DNA of 64,000 bases from Octopus vulgaris. Its lineage: Eukaryota. Position 1 is the first letter of the stretch; the number at the start of each line of letters is the position of its first letter. The position numbers and the translations under genes were made by a program. Of this stretch, positions 42,001 to 55,021 are shown piece by piece. The notes under the pieces are model-generated. The model saw nothing but the letters and a program-made list of their open reading frames with translations. It was not told the DNA's origin and ran no database searches. The stretch is taken from assembly GCA_951406725.2 (NCBI GenBank), contig OX597824.1, forward strand, positions 50,034,001 to 50,098,000, read 5' to 3'.

Positions 42001-42520
42001 GGATAACCTCCAGAGATCCCTAGCCTGGCAGTGCTACCGAGAAGCGCTACCCGTTCGGGATAAGCTCTATAGGCATGGCTCGAGAAACACGGGGCCGACC
42101 TGCCCGAGATGCGGTCAGAGCGACGAAACCGTTCTGCACGCAATCGTGCAGTGTCCAACAATCTCAGACCTGTGGGCTTATGTCGAACGACTGCTGTCAC
42201 GTGTGGGACGTGTCGGTTTATCAGCCGAGTCTATCGTTAATATCGTCACGCCTCCTTCCTTCAAACGGGAAGGAAGAGCTATTTTTATCATACTTGTGGC
42301 TATGGCGAAAGAATGTATCTGGTGGACGCGTCTGAAAGGATTAGAGACAAACACTTTCCTCTCTGGTCAATCTCTCATCAATTTCTTCAAGTATCACTTG
42401 AAAAGGAAAGTGAGAGTAGAGAGGCAAGTTTTGTCTAGTGAATGTTTTAAAAAAAGATGGGTGAATGTAGCAAGGATGGCACGTATGAATGACGAAGCCA
42501 CCTTGACTATGATTCTATGA
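39073..42520 (+). pseudogene. Tx1 ORF2 (AP endonuclease, reverse transcriptase, C-terminal Zn finger), disrupted
   Basis: MVKIGCVNAHGL, ISETRL, TDH, YWKLN, FRPITLLNADLKIL, LDQSKAFDRVDH, VRQGCPLS, AYADDV, CPRCGQSDETVLHAIVQC. Several stops and frameshifts, and a 33-bp tandem duplication at about 39945-40008. Confidence 0.95.
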
Positions 42521-42908
42521 ACCGTAAAAATTAATACAGAGAGTTGCTTATTTGCAAAAAAAAAAATAAAAGAAAGAAATATAACATGTGACTTCATTGA
42601 CCGAGGTTACCGTGGTCTTTTCCGTAGGCTTTTCTTTCCACGGGTAAACCTCACCTGTCCTCCCCTTTACACTTCATATTGACATTTCTGTGATTACGAT
42701 CCCTATTGATCAATTTTTTTTCCTCTCCCCATTTCATTTTTTTTTCCCTCTGCCCCCTTTTTTTAAAATCCTCCCCTTTTTGTCCTCTTTCTTTCCTTTT
42801 ACGATCCCTTTTGATCGAACCCCCCCTTTTTTTTTACCTTCAAAAGAAAAGCTCTACCTTGTAATTTGTTCTGTCTGTGTACAGCCCTGTGTGGCTAATA
42901 AAGAAACA

Positions 42909-42988
<80 letters not shown>

Positions 42989-43174
42989 GAGCGTAAATGG
43001 AAACAGTTTGGATAATGAGTATAGATTAATGATGGTTGTTGTTAATGATTGATGGAGATTGTGGCTGTCGTGGTTGTGGGGCTTGTGGTGGCTGTGGTTG
43101 ATGGTTATGATACTGTTTGTGCTATTGTTTTTGTCGAAGTGATGTTGTACTTATGAAAAATGACGTACTTTATG

Positions 43175-43345
43175 CTTAGCGGTATATCTTCCGTCTTTAC
43201 ATACTGTGTTCAAATTCTGCTGAGGTCGACTTTCTCTTTTATGTCAAAGTCGGGCTAAAATAAGTACCAGTTGAACCCTGGGGTCGATTTAACCGACTTA
43301 CCACCACTCCGAAATTGCCGGCCATGTGCCAAAGTTTGAAACCAT
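43175..43345 (+). mobile_element. SINE fragment
   Basis: gttcaaattctgctgaggtcgacttt...aagtaccagttgaaccctggggtcg. Confidence 0.72.
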
Positions 43346-43366
43346 TATTAGGAATATACATACATG

Positions 43367-43403
<37 letters not shown>

Positions 43404-43823
43404 TCTTCATTTCGATATATATATCTTTTTTATCTTTTTCATTCTTATAATTTTATATTTTCTTCTCATTAGTATATATTTTTTCCGCATTCGTATATAG
43501 TTTTCATTTATATATATGTTTTTAGGCGTAATTCACATTTAATTCTTAAATTAATTATGGCTTAAACTGCAGGGATCAATGAATTTATTTACACATCTAC
43601 ATGTTTTGACACACCAGGAATTTATTTATACATCTGTATAGTTTGATATGCCTGTAAGTTGAAATATATAATGATAGATAAAATTATAAATGGGTGATAG
43701 GTGGACCCGAAGATTGGGGTTGTATATAAGGAGAGGTTCTGTAAGAGACTGGATATCTCAATAAACTAGCATACAACCTCATGAAATACGTGTAGTCGAC
43801 AACTTTGGACATATATATATGTG

Positions 43824-44127
43824 TGGAGGCGCAATGACCCAGTGGTTAAGGCAGTGGACTCGCGGTTTCGATTCCCAGACCGGGGGGGGGGGGCGTTGTG
43901 AGTGTTTATTGAGCGAAAACACCTAAAACCTCCACGCGGCTCCGGCAGGGGGTAGTGGCGATGTCTGCTGTACTCTTTCGCCACAACTTTCTCTCACTCT
44001 TTCTTCTGTTGGCCCGCTCGCTTAGCCAGTGGGGTGGCATCATTTGGAGGCTAAAGAACAATGCGAAGCGCATTGTGACCAGCGATGTGTAGCAACATCT
44101 GATAGCCTGATCGGTCACGGTGATCAC
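43824..44127 (+). mobile_element. tRNA-derived SINE, second family
   Basis: Close match to 9549-9850. Confidence 0.85.
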
Positions 44128-44286
44128 GATGATATATATATATATATATATATATATACACGTTCAGCAACAATTTAGATTCAGATGAATATTAAGTTAA
44201 AGGCACCAGAATTTGGTATGGTATTATCCATATAAATCAAATGGGGTGATTATAATCAAAATAAATAACAAGGATATTCAAAGATA

Positions 44287-44351
<65 letters not shown>

Positions 44352-44813
44352 TATATATGAGCAAAAATACTGGAGATTCAGTATACACCATGCGGAAAAA
44401 TTATTAGTTGAAAATATGTGGAAAACGTATAAAAAGTGGAAGAGAAATGCCTTCGTTTCACATAGTTTAATATCTTTTTTATAAAGAAATGTTTTTTTAA
44501 TTATATGGATATTTTATGGATGTAGTAATAGCCAACATTATTTAAATTAGCTTTTCAAGGGATATTGTGAAGTAATCAAATTTTGTGACAAAGGGGTCTC
44601 GCTATTTTGGATGCTTGAAAAATAAGAATGAGTCTAGAGAGTGGACCAAGGGAGGTGGCAAGGAGGACAGCTAACTTCTCAATATACTTTGTGAAGTGGT
44701 CAAGTTTGTATATTACTTTCAGTTTCATTTGTGTATGTATGTGTGTGTACTTGCCTGTCCGTATTACCTACGAACCTATCTGTTTATCTGTTTACTTACT
44801 TATCCATTTGCCT

Positions 44814-44845
<32 letters not shown>

Positions 44846-45339
44846 ACATACACACACACACTCACACACACACACACACATACACACACACACACACTCA
44901 CACACATACACACACACACACTCACACACACACACACATACACACACACACACACACGCGCGCATCAGGCTTTCAAGTAGTCTCTGCTTACCAAATCCGT
45001 CCACAAGGCTTTGGTAGGCCCGGGAGATACGCCTGTGCCTATATATACAGATTTATAATCTGGTCGATATGTATGTATATATCGCTCTTAGAATCTTTCC
45101 TCGTGTAGGCCAGCATTAAGGCCCTCATTGTCTGTTTTTTTGTTTGTTTTATTTCTTGTACTGTATTTTTCGTACTTGTAATTTTATTCTGTATTTTAAT
45201 TTTTTGTATTTTTATTTTGTGTTTTATTTTGTAATTTTATTTGTATCGTTTTTTTGTCACATGTTTAACTTTCCTTGTTTTTACCCCTCTGCGAAGTAAT
45301 TTTATTTATTCCTTCGCAGGAAGGATTGGTTCCACGAGT

Positions 45340-45400
45340 CGTGTTCTGTCCTCACCTTCGAAACACGCTGGAGTTGAACTAGGGACAGCTGATGAAGGGG
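45340..45400 (+). ncRNA. Candidate non-circularly permuted hammerhead ribozyme with an intact core
   Basis: cgtgt-T-ctgtcct / caccttc-GAA-acacg / gggacag-CTGATGA-agggg. Stems I and III are fully pairable. Confidence 0.62.
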
Positions 45401-45613
45401 ATTTTTCCTTGTGTAGTTTGTCTTGTACTCTGTTTTTTTTTTCTTTTAGGTCCGTTTCCACGTTTGTTTTTACGTTTTCGTTTCTCGTTGAGTTCTACGT
45501 CTATTAGTGGTGTCCTGCACTCACGTATATATATTTATATATGCATGTATATATACATGTAGATGTAGATACGTACATATATGTATGTATGTATGCATAT
45601 ATTTTATTTATTA

Positions 45614-45650
<37 letters not shown>

Positions 45651-45913
45651 CCTTGCGGATAACGTATTCGCTCTTATCGGTTATCAATGCTGGCTAATCA
45701 CAGTGCATATAGATAAACTCCAGTTAGTTAAAATTTAGTATACTCGGTTAATCATCACATGGTAAATCCAAATGTCCTTCTAAGTATAGCATAGTGTCTG
45801 TGGAGAAAAATGATGAAATTAAAATCAGGAGAACAGAGATTTGCACATCCAAGTTTTATCTTAGTTATTAATCATATCTTTCTTTGTCAAGACCTACGCA
45901 CGTTTTTCTGCTA

Positions 45914-46728
45914 CAAGCCGATGCACACTGTTAAATGTGAATCTTGATGTTAATTATCGGTGTCATTATTAGGGTCTATATTAACTGTTGGTCGGATATC
46001 ATTTGAAGAGCGTACAAGCTTGACCAAACTTATTCTGCAATTTGGTGTTAGCGTTACTAAAAATAGTCACATATTTCGTGAACTTTATGTTACCCTGGAC
46101 ACTTCGGAATTTATTGCTACCTTCTGTCTTAAATTAGGTCAATGCTCAAGAATTTTCGTAGGATTCTTAATTCATATTGTAGTTTACCATTTCATTTATG
46201 TAGAATAGTATTCTTATCTTTCCAAATGTATTAAGTCATTTTTTGGTTTGTGGATGTCAATGTATACCCTGATGAAGTTGCACCGATAATTAACATCAAG
46301 ATGCACATTTAACAATGTGCACCGACTTGGATTAGAGCATTTTAGCTCTTATTTCTAGCAATGTAGGTGTTCTAACATCCATAATCACATTTAGCGACAT
46401 TTATAGATTTCTTTTATGGTAAGACATTGCGCATCATTATTTATATTAATTTTTGTATAAACTTTAGTGCTTTGTTAAATCGTCCATAAATTTTTATGGT
46501 GAATACATATATGCCGAAAGAGGATTAATGCCAGAACCAGCCGAGCGAGCGGTCCTTGCTGATGACGCGACGGAATAGCCGAGTCTGATCTGTTAGTATA
46601 AGGAATTCCCGATCGGTGTTTTGGGCGATTACAGACCTCTTCAGCATACATGTATGCAATTATGTGCTTTAACTACAACATTAGAGATCTTTAGCACTTA
46701 TTTCTAGCAATGTAGGTATTCTAACACT
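45914..46728. mobile_element. PLE-like remnant with inverted and direct partial terminal repeats and decayed hammerhead cores
   Basis: About 45914-45985 is inverted at about 46256-46330. A direct repeat lies at about 46333-46378 and 46682-46727. CTGATGA at 46269 and 46559; the latter has stem I tccttg/taagga but a mutated GAAA. Confidence 0.55.
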
Positions 46729-46771
46729 CTTAGTGACGTTTATGTGTGTGTGCATATATATATATACATAC

Positions 46772-46844
<73 letters not shown>

Positions 46845-46974
46845 TGTATGTATGTATGTATGTGTGTGTGTATGTATGTGTGTACGTATGTAACTATATA
46901 TCTGTGCGTATATACACAAATTTGTGTGCGTGTGCGTGTATACATGCATACGTACATACAAACACACACATACG

Positions 46975-47016
<42 letters not shown>

Positions 47017-47168
47017 CAAACACACACGATTATCTTAAATGTATACGGCTAAATAAATATAAATATACAATGAAACTACAAATATATATACACGTGTGAA
47101 TGTGTGCATCACTGATTGTTGGTGTATATATGCTTGAGAGTAATTATAATAAAGCGCTTGTATGTGTG

Positions 47169-47222
<54 letters not shown>

Positions 47223-47859
47223 TGTGTATATATGTATAGTAGAAAAAAAATATATGTATTAGAAATATATGTAGCATTTATGATGTAGAAAAAAGGAAAA
47301 TACGCTTTACACACATACACACACACAGTCACAGACAATCAGACAGATACACACACACAAACAAACACCCATTCATACATACACATGTATGAGTCTATGT
47401 GTCCGTATATATTTGTGTATTTGCGGTTCCGTTACTGCAACAGCGGTTGGAGTATATTCCCAATGTAAATTCTGTGTCTGCAATGTGAAGAGTTTCCTGT
47501 GTCCATTAATTGAATCCTGAACTTCTTGTAGACACATTAAGCAAAAACAGTAGAGTTTTCACTGAAGACATCGTTGTAAGCACAGGAAGCCTCTCGCCTG
47601 CTGCTTGTTGTTGTTACTATTGTGAGCTTTATTGTTGAGGTCGTTCTTATTGTTGTTGCTGTTGTAATGATTGTCGTTGTAATTATTGTTGCTGCTACTG
47701 TTGTAATGGTCGTCGTTGTGGTGTTTGTAGTTGGCTTAGGCTCTATAGTGCTTTCTATTTTTCATTTTCTTTTTTACCTCTTCGTCCACCTACTTGCTCC
47801 ACTTTTTCTATCTTTCTCCTCCTCCTCCCACCCTCCTCCCCTCTATCCACCTTCCTCCA

Positions 47860-49440
47860 GCTCTTTAGTTCTAGCAGGGGATTGGAATGGTATTTTGGAC
47901 GCATGATCGGATTGTGTCGGTTTAACTCATACAGGGGACACAAAAGCTTCAAAAACATTCTGAGACGTTTTCAGCTGTCTGACGGGTACCGACTGGATCT
48001 CCTAAATGTGCTGATGTGGACTTGGAGCAACAACGAAGGGCCTTCCAAATCATGCTTAGTGTATTAGTTAGTCTGACTGGCAAAGGTATGTTTAGGTGTC
48101 CACAGTTCAAACTGGTCGGCTACACAGATCACAAATTTGTGATTTTCTCAGTCGTATTGGATAGGACTCATAGGCAGGGACCCGGTTGCTGGAAATATAA
48201 CACGCCTTTCCCGGTGCGAAAAGACTTAGCCAGCTTGTTAAGAGACATCTGACGCGGGCAATAGTCAATAACGGGTGGTGGGGAAACCCTGAAAAAGGCA
48301 ATTAAATATGAGTTAAATATCAATCAGCAAAGAGCAAGTGATAAAGAGAAATAGATTAGTGGAAGATCTAGTTAGTAAACGAGAAGTACCAACGTGTTAG
48401 TGGCTAGGATGGCCCTCAACTATTTCTTCATTGCGAAATACGAAGGCTGCGTTGTCAGGGCTAGAGCTCGTGCACTAAAACAAAATGGAACGAAATCTGT
48501 CTGATGGGCTCGGATGGTGGAGGCGCGATGTGGTAACAAAGCCACAATTCAGTCTTTGATAGATCAGAATGGGCGCGTACTGTATAGTTCCAAGCAAATG
48601 TGTACAGCCTTCCGGCAGTACTTTGCCCGCCTCTTGAGAGAAAGCGACAGGTCACAGAGAATTACGGACTTTAGCACCTACCTCGACGGCCTGTCGTTAC
48701 TCTAGGAAGAAGAGGCTAAACACTTGAAAAGTCAATAACAGCAACTGAAATACAAGAAGTACTGAATGGCTGCTTAAGGGACGAATCGCCCGGTTTGGAT
48801 GGTCTGGTCTGCCCTATGGTTTTCATGGTTATACACCAGAGCTGATTGGTGACCCCTTGGCAAACGTCTATCTTAAGTGCTAGCACAACGGGAGAATTCC
48901 CAGGTCTATGACCCGTGATGTATTAACTTTACAGAGAAGGGACGGCAATACAGGGGATACTATAGATACTTTCCGGTCCATAACTTTGTCCGAATTGAGC
49001 GCAGAGCGACGAAACTGTTTTGCATGCACTCATGCAGTGTCCAAGTATTGCTGGCTTGTGGAGTTATGTCAAACAGCTGTTATCGCATGTAGGACGAATA
49101 TGACTATCGACCGAATCCTTCTTGAGGATCGCTCCACCTCCCACCTTTAACAAAGTAGGGCAAACTGTGTTCCTCTGTCTAGTGGCTATAGAGAAAACTG
49201 TTTTGTGGTGGACAAGGCTGAAAGGATTGAAGAAAGACACCTTCCTCTTCGGCCAAGCTTTTATCAACTTTCAAGGCGGAGAGGGAAGTGCTACATTCCA
49301 GTGAATTTGTGAAAAGATAGGTGGCTGTGGCAAATACGGTTAGAGTGAATGGCCTTAAACGAAGTATTCGCCAGTAGATCGGAGAGCAGGAGAGAGGGTC
49401 CGTACCTTTGGTGGTTATCTGTAGCTTGATTGACCCTAGT
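47860..49440 (+). mobile_element. Old Tx1-clade ORF2 fragment with most of the RT deleted
   Basis: LVLAGDWNGILD, YTDHKFV, GPGCWKYN, SPGLDGL and FRSITL, then a jump to QSDETVLHALMQCP and WWTRLKGL. Confidence 0.85.
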
Positions 49441-49559
49441 TCCGGTTTCTTCAGTATCAAGAGGATTGCTTCATTCATGTTATGACATACTTTGTATACT
49501 ATGTATACTTTTATCGCATTTCCATGCCTTTTCCATTTCTTTATCCCCATCCTTTATGA

Positions 49560-49790
49560 TACTGATTGAAGTGTGCTTCCCGAGGGTCTGTACTGTCTAT
49601 CATGTCATAACAAGCACCTCAGACTGACAGTACCTTACGCAATATGCGTGCGGTTCCATGTAATGCCAATTTTTGAATTACTTGTAGGGTATTTCTGAAG
49701 TTTCCAGATGTTTCTTCAACTTGGGGGGTATTGACAGGGACAACCATTATGTTCGACTCTCGTACCTGCCATATCTTGTAGCTGCCACAT
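49560..49790 (-). mobile_element. R4/Dong 3' end fragment
   Basis: Minus strand IQKLALHGTARILRKVLSV*, plus a 3' UTR similar to 3395-3455. Confidence 0.75.
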
Positions 49791-49801
49791 TATTATTATC
49801 C

Positions 49802-49883
<82 letters not shown>

Positions 49884-49952
49884 CATTATTATTATTATTA
49901 TTATTATAATTATTATCATCATTATCATCATCATTATTATTATTATTATTAC

Positions 49953-52900
49953 TTTTTTTTTTCTTCTTTCAAATTTGCTTCCATTTCTTGCCGAGTGTCT
50001 TCCCGACTCCTAGGGCAAAGAAACTCATAGTTTACAATGGTAGGCCATTAAACCAAACTCAGTAGTTCGTTCATTTTTTTTTTATTATTATTTTTTTTTT
50101 TAAGTTAAATTAAAATACATGAGCAGCAACAGTTCTCACATCGACAATGCTCTTCTCAATACGTGTGATGTACCAGTTAAGACAATCTTTTGCACCTCTT
50201 GCAGGGATGGTAAGCCAGGGATCATCTCATATAATTTTCGGTTCCCTTCTTGATCATTCCTAGTGCTCCTACGATCGCTGGTATTGTAACCGCCTTGAGA
50301 TGCCACATTTTCTCAATTTCAATGAGTAGGTCTTTATATTTTCTGAACTTGTCAAACTCTTTCGCTGAGATATTATGATCACAGGGGATGCTCATGTCGA
50401 TCAATAAGCAAACTTTATTGTTTTGGTCTTTCACAACAATATCTGGTTTATTGGCCTTGATGGTTCGGTCTGTATGTACTGGAAAGTCCCACAGAATGGT
50501 TACATTTTCTCCTTCAGTTACAGCCTCAGGGTGGTGATTATACCACTTGTCGGCAGTTTTGATATTGTAATGCCGACTTATTAGCCAGTGGAGATATTGG
50601 CCAACTCTGTCATGTCTTAATTTATACTCCACTGGTGCTAAGACTTTACATCCAGAGATTAGGTGGTCCACTGTTTCAATCATGTCGTTGCAGAATCGGC
50701 ATTTTGGGTCTGCTCCATTTTTCATCACATTGGCCTGGTAGTTCCGGGTTAATAGGCTTTGATCTTGAGCAGCCAGGATGGAACCTTTGCTCTCTGCTTT
50801 TAGCCCTGAGCTCCGTAGCCACTGATGGGTTTGCTTCTGGTCAACATCAGCTTGTTTGCTGCGGGTCACATATTTGCCGTGCAGAGGTTTCTCCTCCCAC
50901 CTATCAGCCAATTGCTCGTGCGCTTTTTTCATTGCCATCATTTTCACCTTCTTTGCAACAATAGTTGCCGTACTTCCCTCGGGTTGTTCAGTTTGGGTAT
51001 CCTGCACGAGATCAATAGCAAATTTTTTGCTTTCCTTTATGATAGAATGAAGCTTCTTTCGTCTCTCGTGATTTTCCACGAGCTTTAGCATCCAGTCATT
51101 CGATATTTCGAGATATTTGGCCAGTCCAATTGTGGTTGTTTTGTAAGCTAGTTCAAATTGGATCAGGCCTCGACCTCCTTGGGCTCTGGGAAGGTAAAGG
51201 CGATCTACGCCTGCCTTTGGGTGGTGCATCCTATTACAACTCAGCAGCTTGCGTATTTTTCTATCTATATTCTTTACTTCACTCATATTCCAGTTCAACA
51301 CATTGTAGCTATAAGTAACAACTGGAACTGCTAAGGAATTTATAGCTAACACCTTGTTACGTGCATTTAGTTCAGATTTCAGGACTGCACGAACTCTCCT
51401 ATAACATTCCTTCCTGATTTTCTATTTCATGCTTGCATGCTGAATACCAGAGCCTTCATTTATCCCTAAATATTTGTATGTTTGTTCTTGCTCAAGCTCT
51501 CTTATGACTGTGTCAACATCTAACACGACTGAATTTGTGGTCTTCACTTTCCTTTTCTGGAAAGTGGCCTTGGCACACTTCTCAAGTCCAAACTGCATCC
51601 CGATGTCATCGCTGAATGCTTTCACGGTGCGCAATAGGCCTTCAAGTTCATTATTGTCTTTACCATAAAGTTTTAAGTCATCCATATAAAATAGGTGGCT
51701 TATTTTTTTATTGGCAATTTTATACCCATACCCTGTTCTGTGTAATTCACTTGTAAGGGGTATTAGGGCTATGCAGAATATTAAAGGTGAAAGTGAGTCA
51801 CCTTGAAAAATTCCACAGTTGATGTTTATATTTTCTGAGGCAAGTACTCCATTAGAGTGGTATAATTGGAGATTCGTATTCCACAACGACATATTGTGCT
51901 TCAGGAAGTTTGAAATCACAGGGGAAATTTTGAAGATGTCCAGCGATCTCAAGATCCATGGATGCGGTATACTGTCGAAGGCCTTTTTGTAGTCAATCCA
52001 TGCGGTGCTGAGATTTCTGCGCTTGTTGTGACAGTTCTCAAGGATCATACGATTGATTAGCAGTTGATCTTTGCATCCGTAAGAGCCTCGGCGGCACCCT
52101 TTTTGTTCAATGGGGAAAATATCGTTCTTCTCCATGAATGCATATGTTTTCTCCGCCAGGATAGATGTTAGGATTTTATACGTGGTGGATAGACAGGTTA
52201 TAGGCCGATAGTTTTTTGGAAGGTTGGTTTCGTTATTCTTTGGGAGTAGGTAAGTAATGCCACTTGCTAACCATTCAGGTGTTTTCTTTGGGTCTCTCAT
52301 AATTCCATTGAGCAGCTGAACTAGCTTACCGTGTGCGCATGGGAGCGATGCGAGCCAGAAATTCGGCACCCTATCTTTACCAGGGGATTTCCAATTATGG
52401 GCCTTCGTGAGTGCCTTTCTTAGGTCTGCTATTGTGATGTCTTCCCATGCTTGTTGTTGTAAATTTTGGTAGGATCCTTCAGTTTGTATAATCCAGTCTG
52501 CATTTATGTTGTACGTCTTCTTGTCACTCCAAATCCTTTTCCAAAAGTTTTGAACTTCTTCCATGGGAGGGGGGTCTTTAACGGTTACTTTCTCCTTCCC
52601 TATTTCTCTGTAGAATTTTTTGGCATTGGATGTGAACAGCTTATTTTGCTTGTAAAACTTATTTCTCTTCTCAAATCTTCGTATTCTTTGGGCTTTTGCT
52701 TGGACTTTTTGTTTCAGCGTTTCTTTTATTGATATCAGTTCTTCTCTTGGTGAGGATCCAAATTTTCTCTTCATCTTTCTTCCTGTTCTGGATCTTACAT
52801 CATTTCCACATATTAGTTCATTTAATATTGATATTTCCCCTCTCATAAATTCAATCTCTTTTTCAATTTTACTTCTCCAGGTTTGATTTCTTCCCAGGTT

Positions 52901-53838
52901 TTGTTTTCTTTGTTTTTTCGGGGGCATACAGCTGGTTTCAATTGCCCTAGCAGAAGCGTAAATAATTTCAATTAACTCAGTAAAATCAGGTTTTAATTCT
53001 CGTATTATTTCATTTGTTACATAGTTGCCAATTTGGATTTGTTTTTTATTTTGGTTTGTATTTGAGAGTTTATGAAGTGGTTCTCTATCATTCATACTTG
53101 TATGTTTTACAACTTCAAGCGTATTCAGGATTTTCTGCCTCATTTCTGCCATAGACTCTCTGTGTTCTTCAGCAAATGCGAGATCTTCAATTACTGTTGT
53201 TTTTTCGTTTTCCTGGCTATCTTTAACAGGTACAATAGAATTTCTTGTATCTTCAGGCCTTTGCGTACTTTGGTCAGATGGCAGTCTTTCAATTAAGCCT
53301 CGTGGCGGGCTATACTGTTCATCTGATTCTTCATTTCCTTTGTGTCTTATATTTATGTCATTTTCCGTTGCGTGCTTGATTGCACTTATTTCACTGTCTG
53401 TGAGTCTGTTATTTCTAAGGATATCCCTCCTCACATTTGCTAATTTGTTCTCGTCCAAATAGGGCCTACTGTCTTGATTCCGTGTTCTCCATATACTGTA
53501 AGAGTTTGCGGTGTTTCTCTCTTGAGATGGCCTACCTAATGCATAGTAATAAGCGTATATTACTTCTTTATACTCTTCTCGGGTCCATTTGTTCCGCTTA
53601 CATTTTTCTTTCTGTGGTAGTTGTGGTGGTGAACTTGGAGGGCTCGAGTTGGGGGATTTCCCGTTCAAGTGACCATCCATGTCCGTATTCGGAGAAGAGT
53701 TTGTACCAGTTGATGACTTTTCGATCCCAGGCTGGCTCTTCCCTGGGGGACGCGCTTCCAGATTAACCATAGGACAAGCGATTTGGTATACTATACTGAT
53801 TTAGTTTTCCTTTTAGTTTCCAAAAACATTTTGGAATA
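49953..53838 (-). mobile_element. Near-intact full-length R4/Dong-clade non-LTR retrotransposon in a (TAA)n array
   Basis: Single-ORF RT plus RLE. (TTA)n on both flanks, A-rich 3' end. Confidence 0.95.
50136..53770 (-). pseudogene. R4/Dong polyprotein (RT, CCHC, PD-(D/E)xK restriction-like endonuclease) with one premature stop and one terminal frameshift
   Basis: KSPGKD, YRPITCL, WIDYKKAFDS, GIFQGDSLSP, FYMDDLK, YKYLG, CRFC..ETVDHLISGC, KPDIVV..LIDMS..K. The two listed ORFs are in frame across TAG at 51422-51424. A frameshift near 50225 precedes QKIVLTGTSHVLRRALSM*. Confidence 0.95.
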
Positions 53839-53920
<82 letters not shown>

Positions 53921-53921
<1 letters not shown>

Positions 53922-54500
53922 CTTTGCACGGCTTCTAACGCTGGAGATGTACTACAGTGTCAGCTGTTCACTACCAGTGAACTAAGGTAACACCTTATTT
54001 TTCGAGAACCTTCCGGAGTATTCGAGCAGTTCCAAGCAGTGCTGTTTTCTTCAAGTGTTCCACCCTTATTGCAGCCCCTATTTGTTCCACGTACTACTCG
54101 AGATTTTTGCTCACTGTTCCCAGGGCTCCGACAATTATTGATACTAATGCTACCTTTTTCATCGACCACAACTGCTTAACTTCCCAAGGTAACCTGTCAT
54201 ATCTCTCGACCTTTCTTTCTTCCTTATTGCATACCTTGTTGTCAGCTGCGCATGCTATATCTATGATCCAGCATTGTTTGTTTTCTTTCTCAATTTAGAC
54301 TATGTCCTGCTTCCTATTATCTATCTCATGGTCCCACTGGATTATAAAATCCCATAGGATCTTTGCAATCTTTCATCTTACACAAGCCTGACCGTCTAAC
54401 TTCTAATAATAGCGGTTCTGTGGCATTTTTTACATACCATTCTATGTTGTTTTCTTCTGCTCTAATGCTGTGTTCGCATCCAATAAGTCCTCTTCCCCCC
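53921..54500 (-). mobile_element. Older R4/Dong 3' fragment (RLE domain plus 3' UTR)
   Basis: Minus strand KILWDF, IIDIACAAD and KTALLGTARILRKVLEK*, with a (CAA)n(TAA)n tail. Confidence 0.82.
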
Positions 54501-54890
54501 TAGACAATACAAAGAGTGCGATGCGATTGCAAGAGATGTTTTATTGGTTAAACGTTATTTCGACAGCTAGCCTGTCTTTGTCGAGTTCAAAATGAAAAGT
54601 GATACAAAGAAATTCAAAATTATAGAAAATCAAATCCAAAATCTGAACGAGGCAACCAGCGTTCCCACGTTGATGGAAGGACATCAGTCTTCAATTTCCA
54701 AGTTTATAACTGGCAAAATGAAAAAGAAAAGAGGAAAAAGAAAAGGAAAGAAAAAGGAACAGGAAAAAGAATATCTAATCAAACAGTATCACTTTTCATT
54801 TTGAACTCGACAAAGACAGACTAGCTGTCGAAATATCGTTCAACCAATAAAACATCTATTGCAATCGCATCGAGCTTTTCGTATTTTCTA
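54501..54890. mobile_element. PLE-like foldback with about 105-bp inverted arms, each with a minimal hammerhead motif
   Basis: 54501-54605 is the reverse complement of 54786-54890 with few mismatches. Confidence 0.85.
54801..54843 (+). ncRNA. Minimal type I hammerhead variant (U3-A8, C4, stem III AUAU)
   Basis: ttgaac-TCGACAA-a-gacag-actag-ctgtc-GAA-ATAT-C-gttcaa. The antisense copy is at 54548-54590. Confidence 0.6.
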
Positions 54891-54942
54891 TTTACCTTTG
54901 CGAGGAGTTACGTCAATACTTTTAAAATATCATCATTCCCTC

Positions 54943-55020
<78 letters not shown>

Positions 55021-55021
<1 letters not shown>

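Larger units (their letters stand above)
35701..42909 (+). mobile_element. Full-length, inactivated Tx1/L1-clade LINE inserted in (TATC)n
   Basis: ORF1 with CCHC and ORF2 with APE-RT-Zn finger. The 3' UTR is T/C-rich and ends ...ctaataaaagaaac. (TATC)n lies at 35601-35700 and 42910-42988. Confidence 0.92.

Noticed and set aside
44592-44680. Possible further permuted-hammerhead copy (ttggatgcttgaaa ... ggacagctaac)
   Set aside because: Only fragmentary similarity to 14522-14583. The core and stems are not recoverable.
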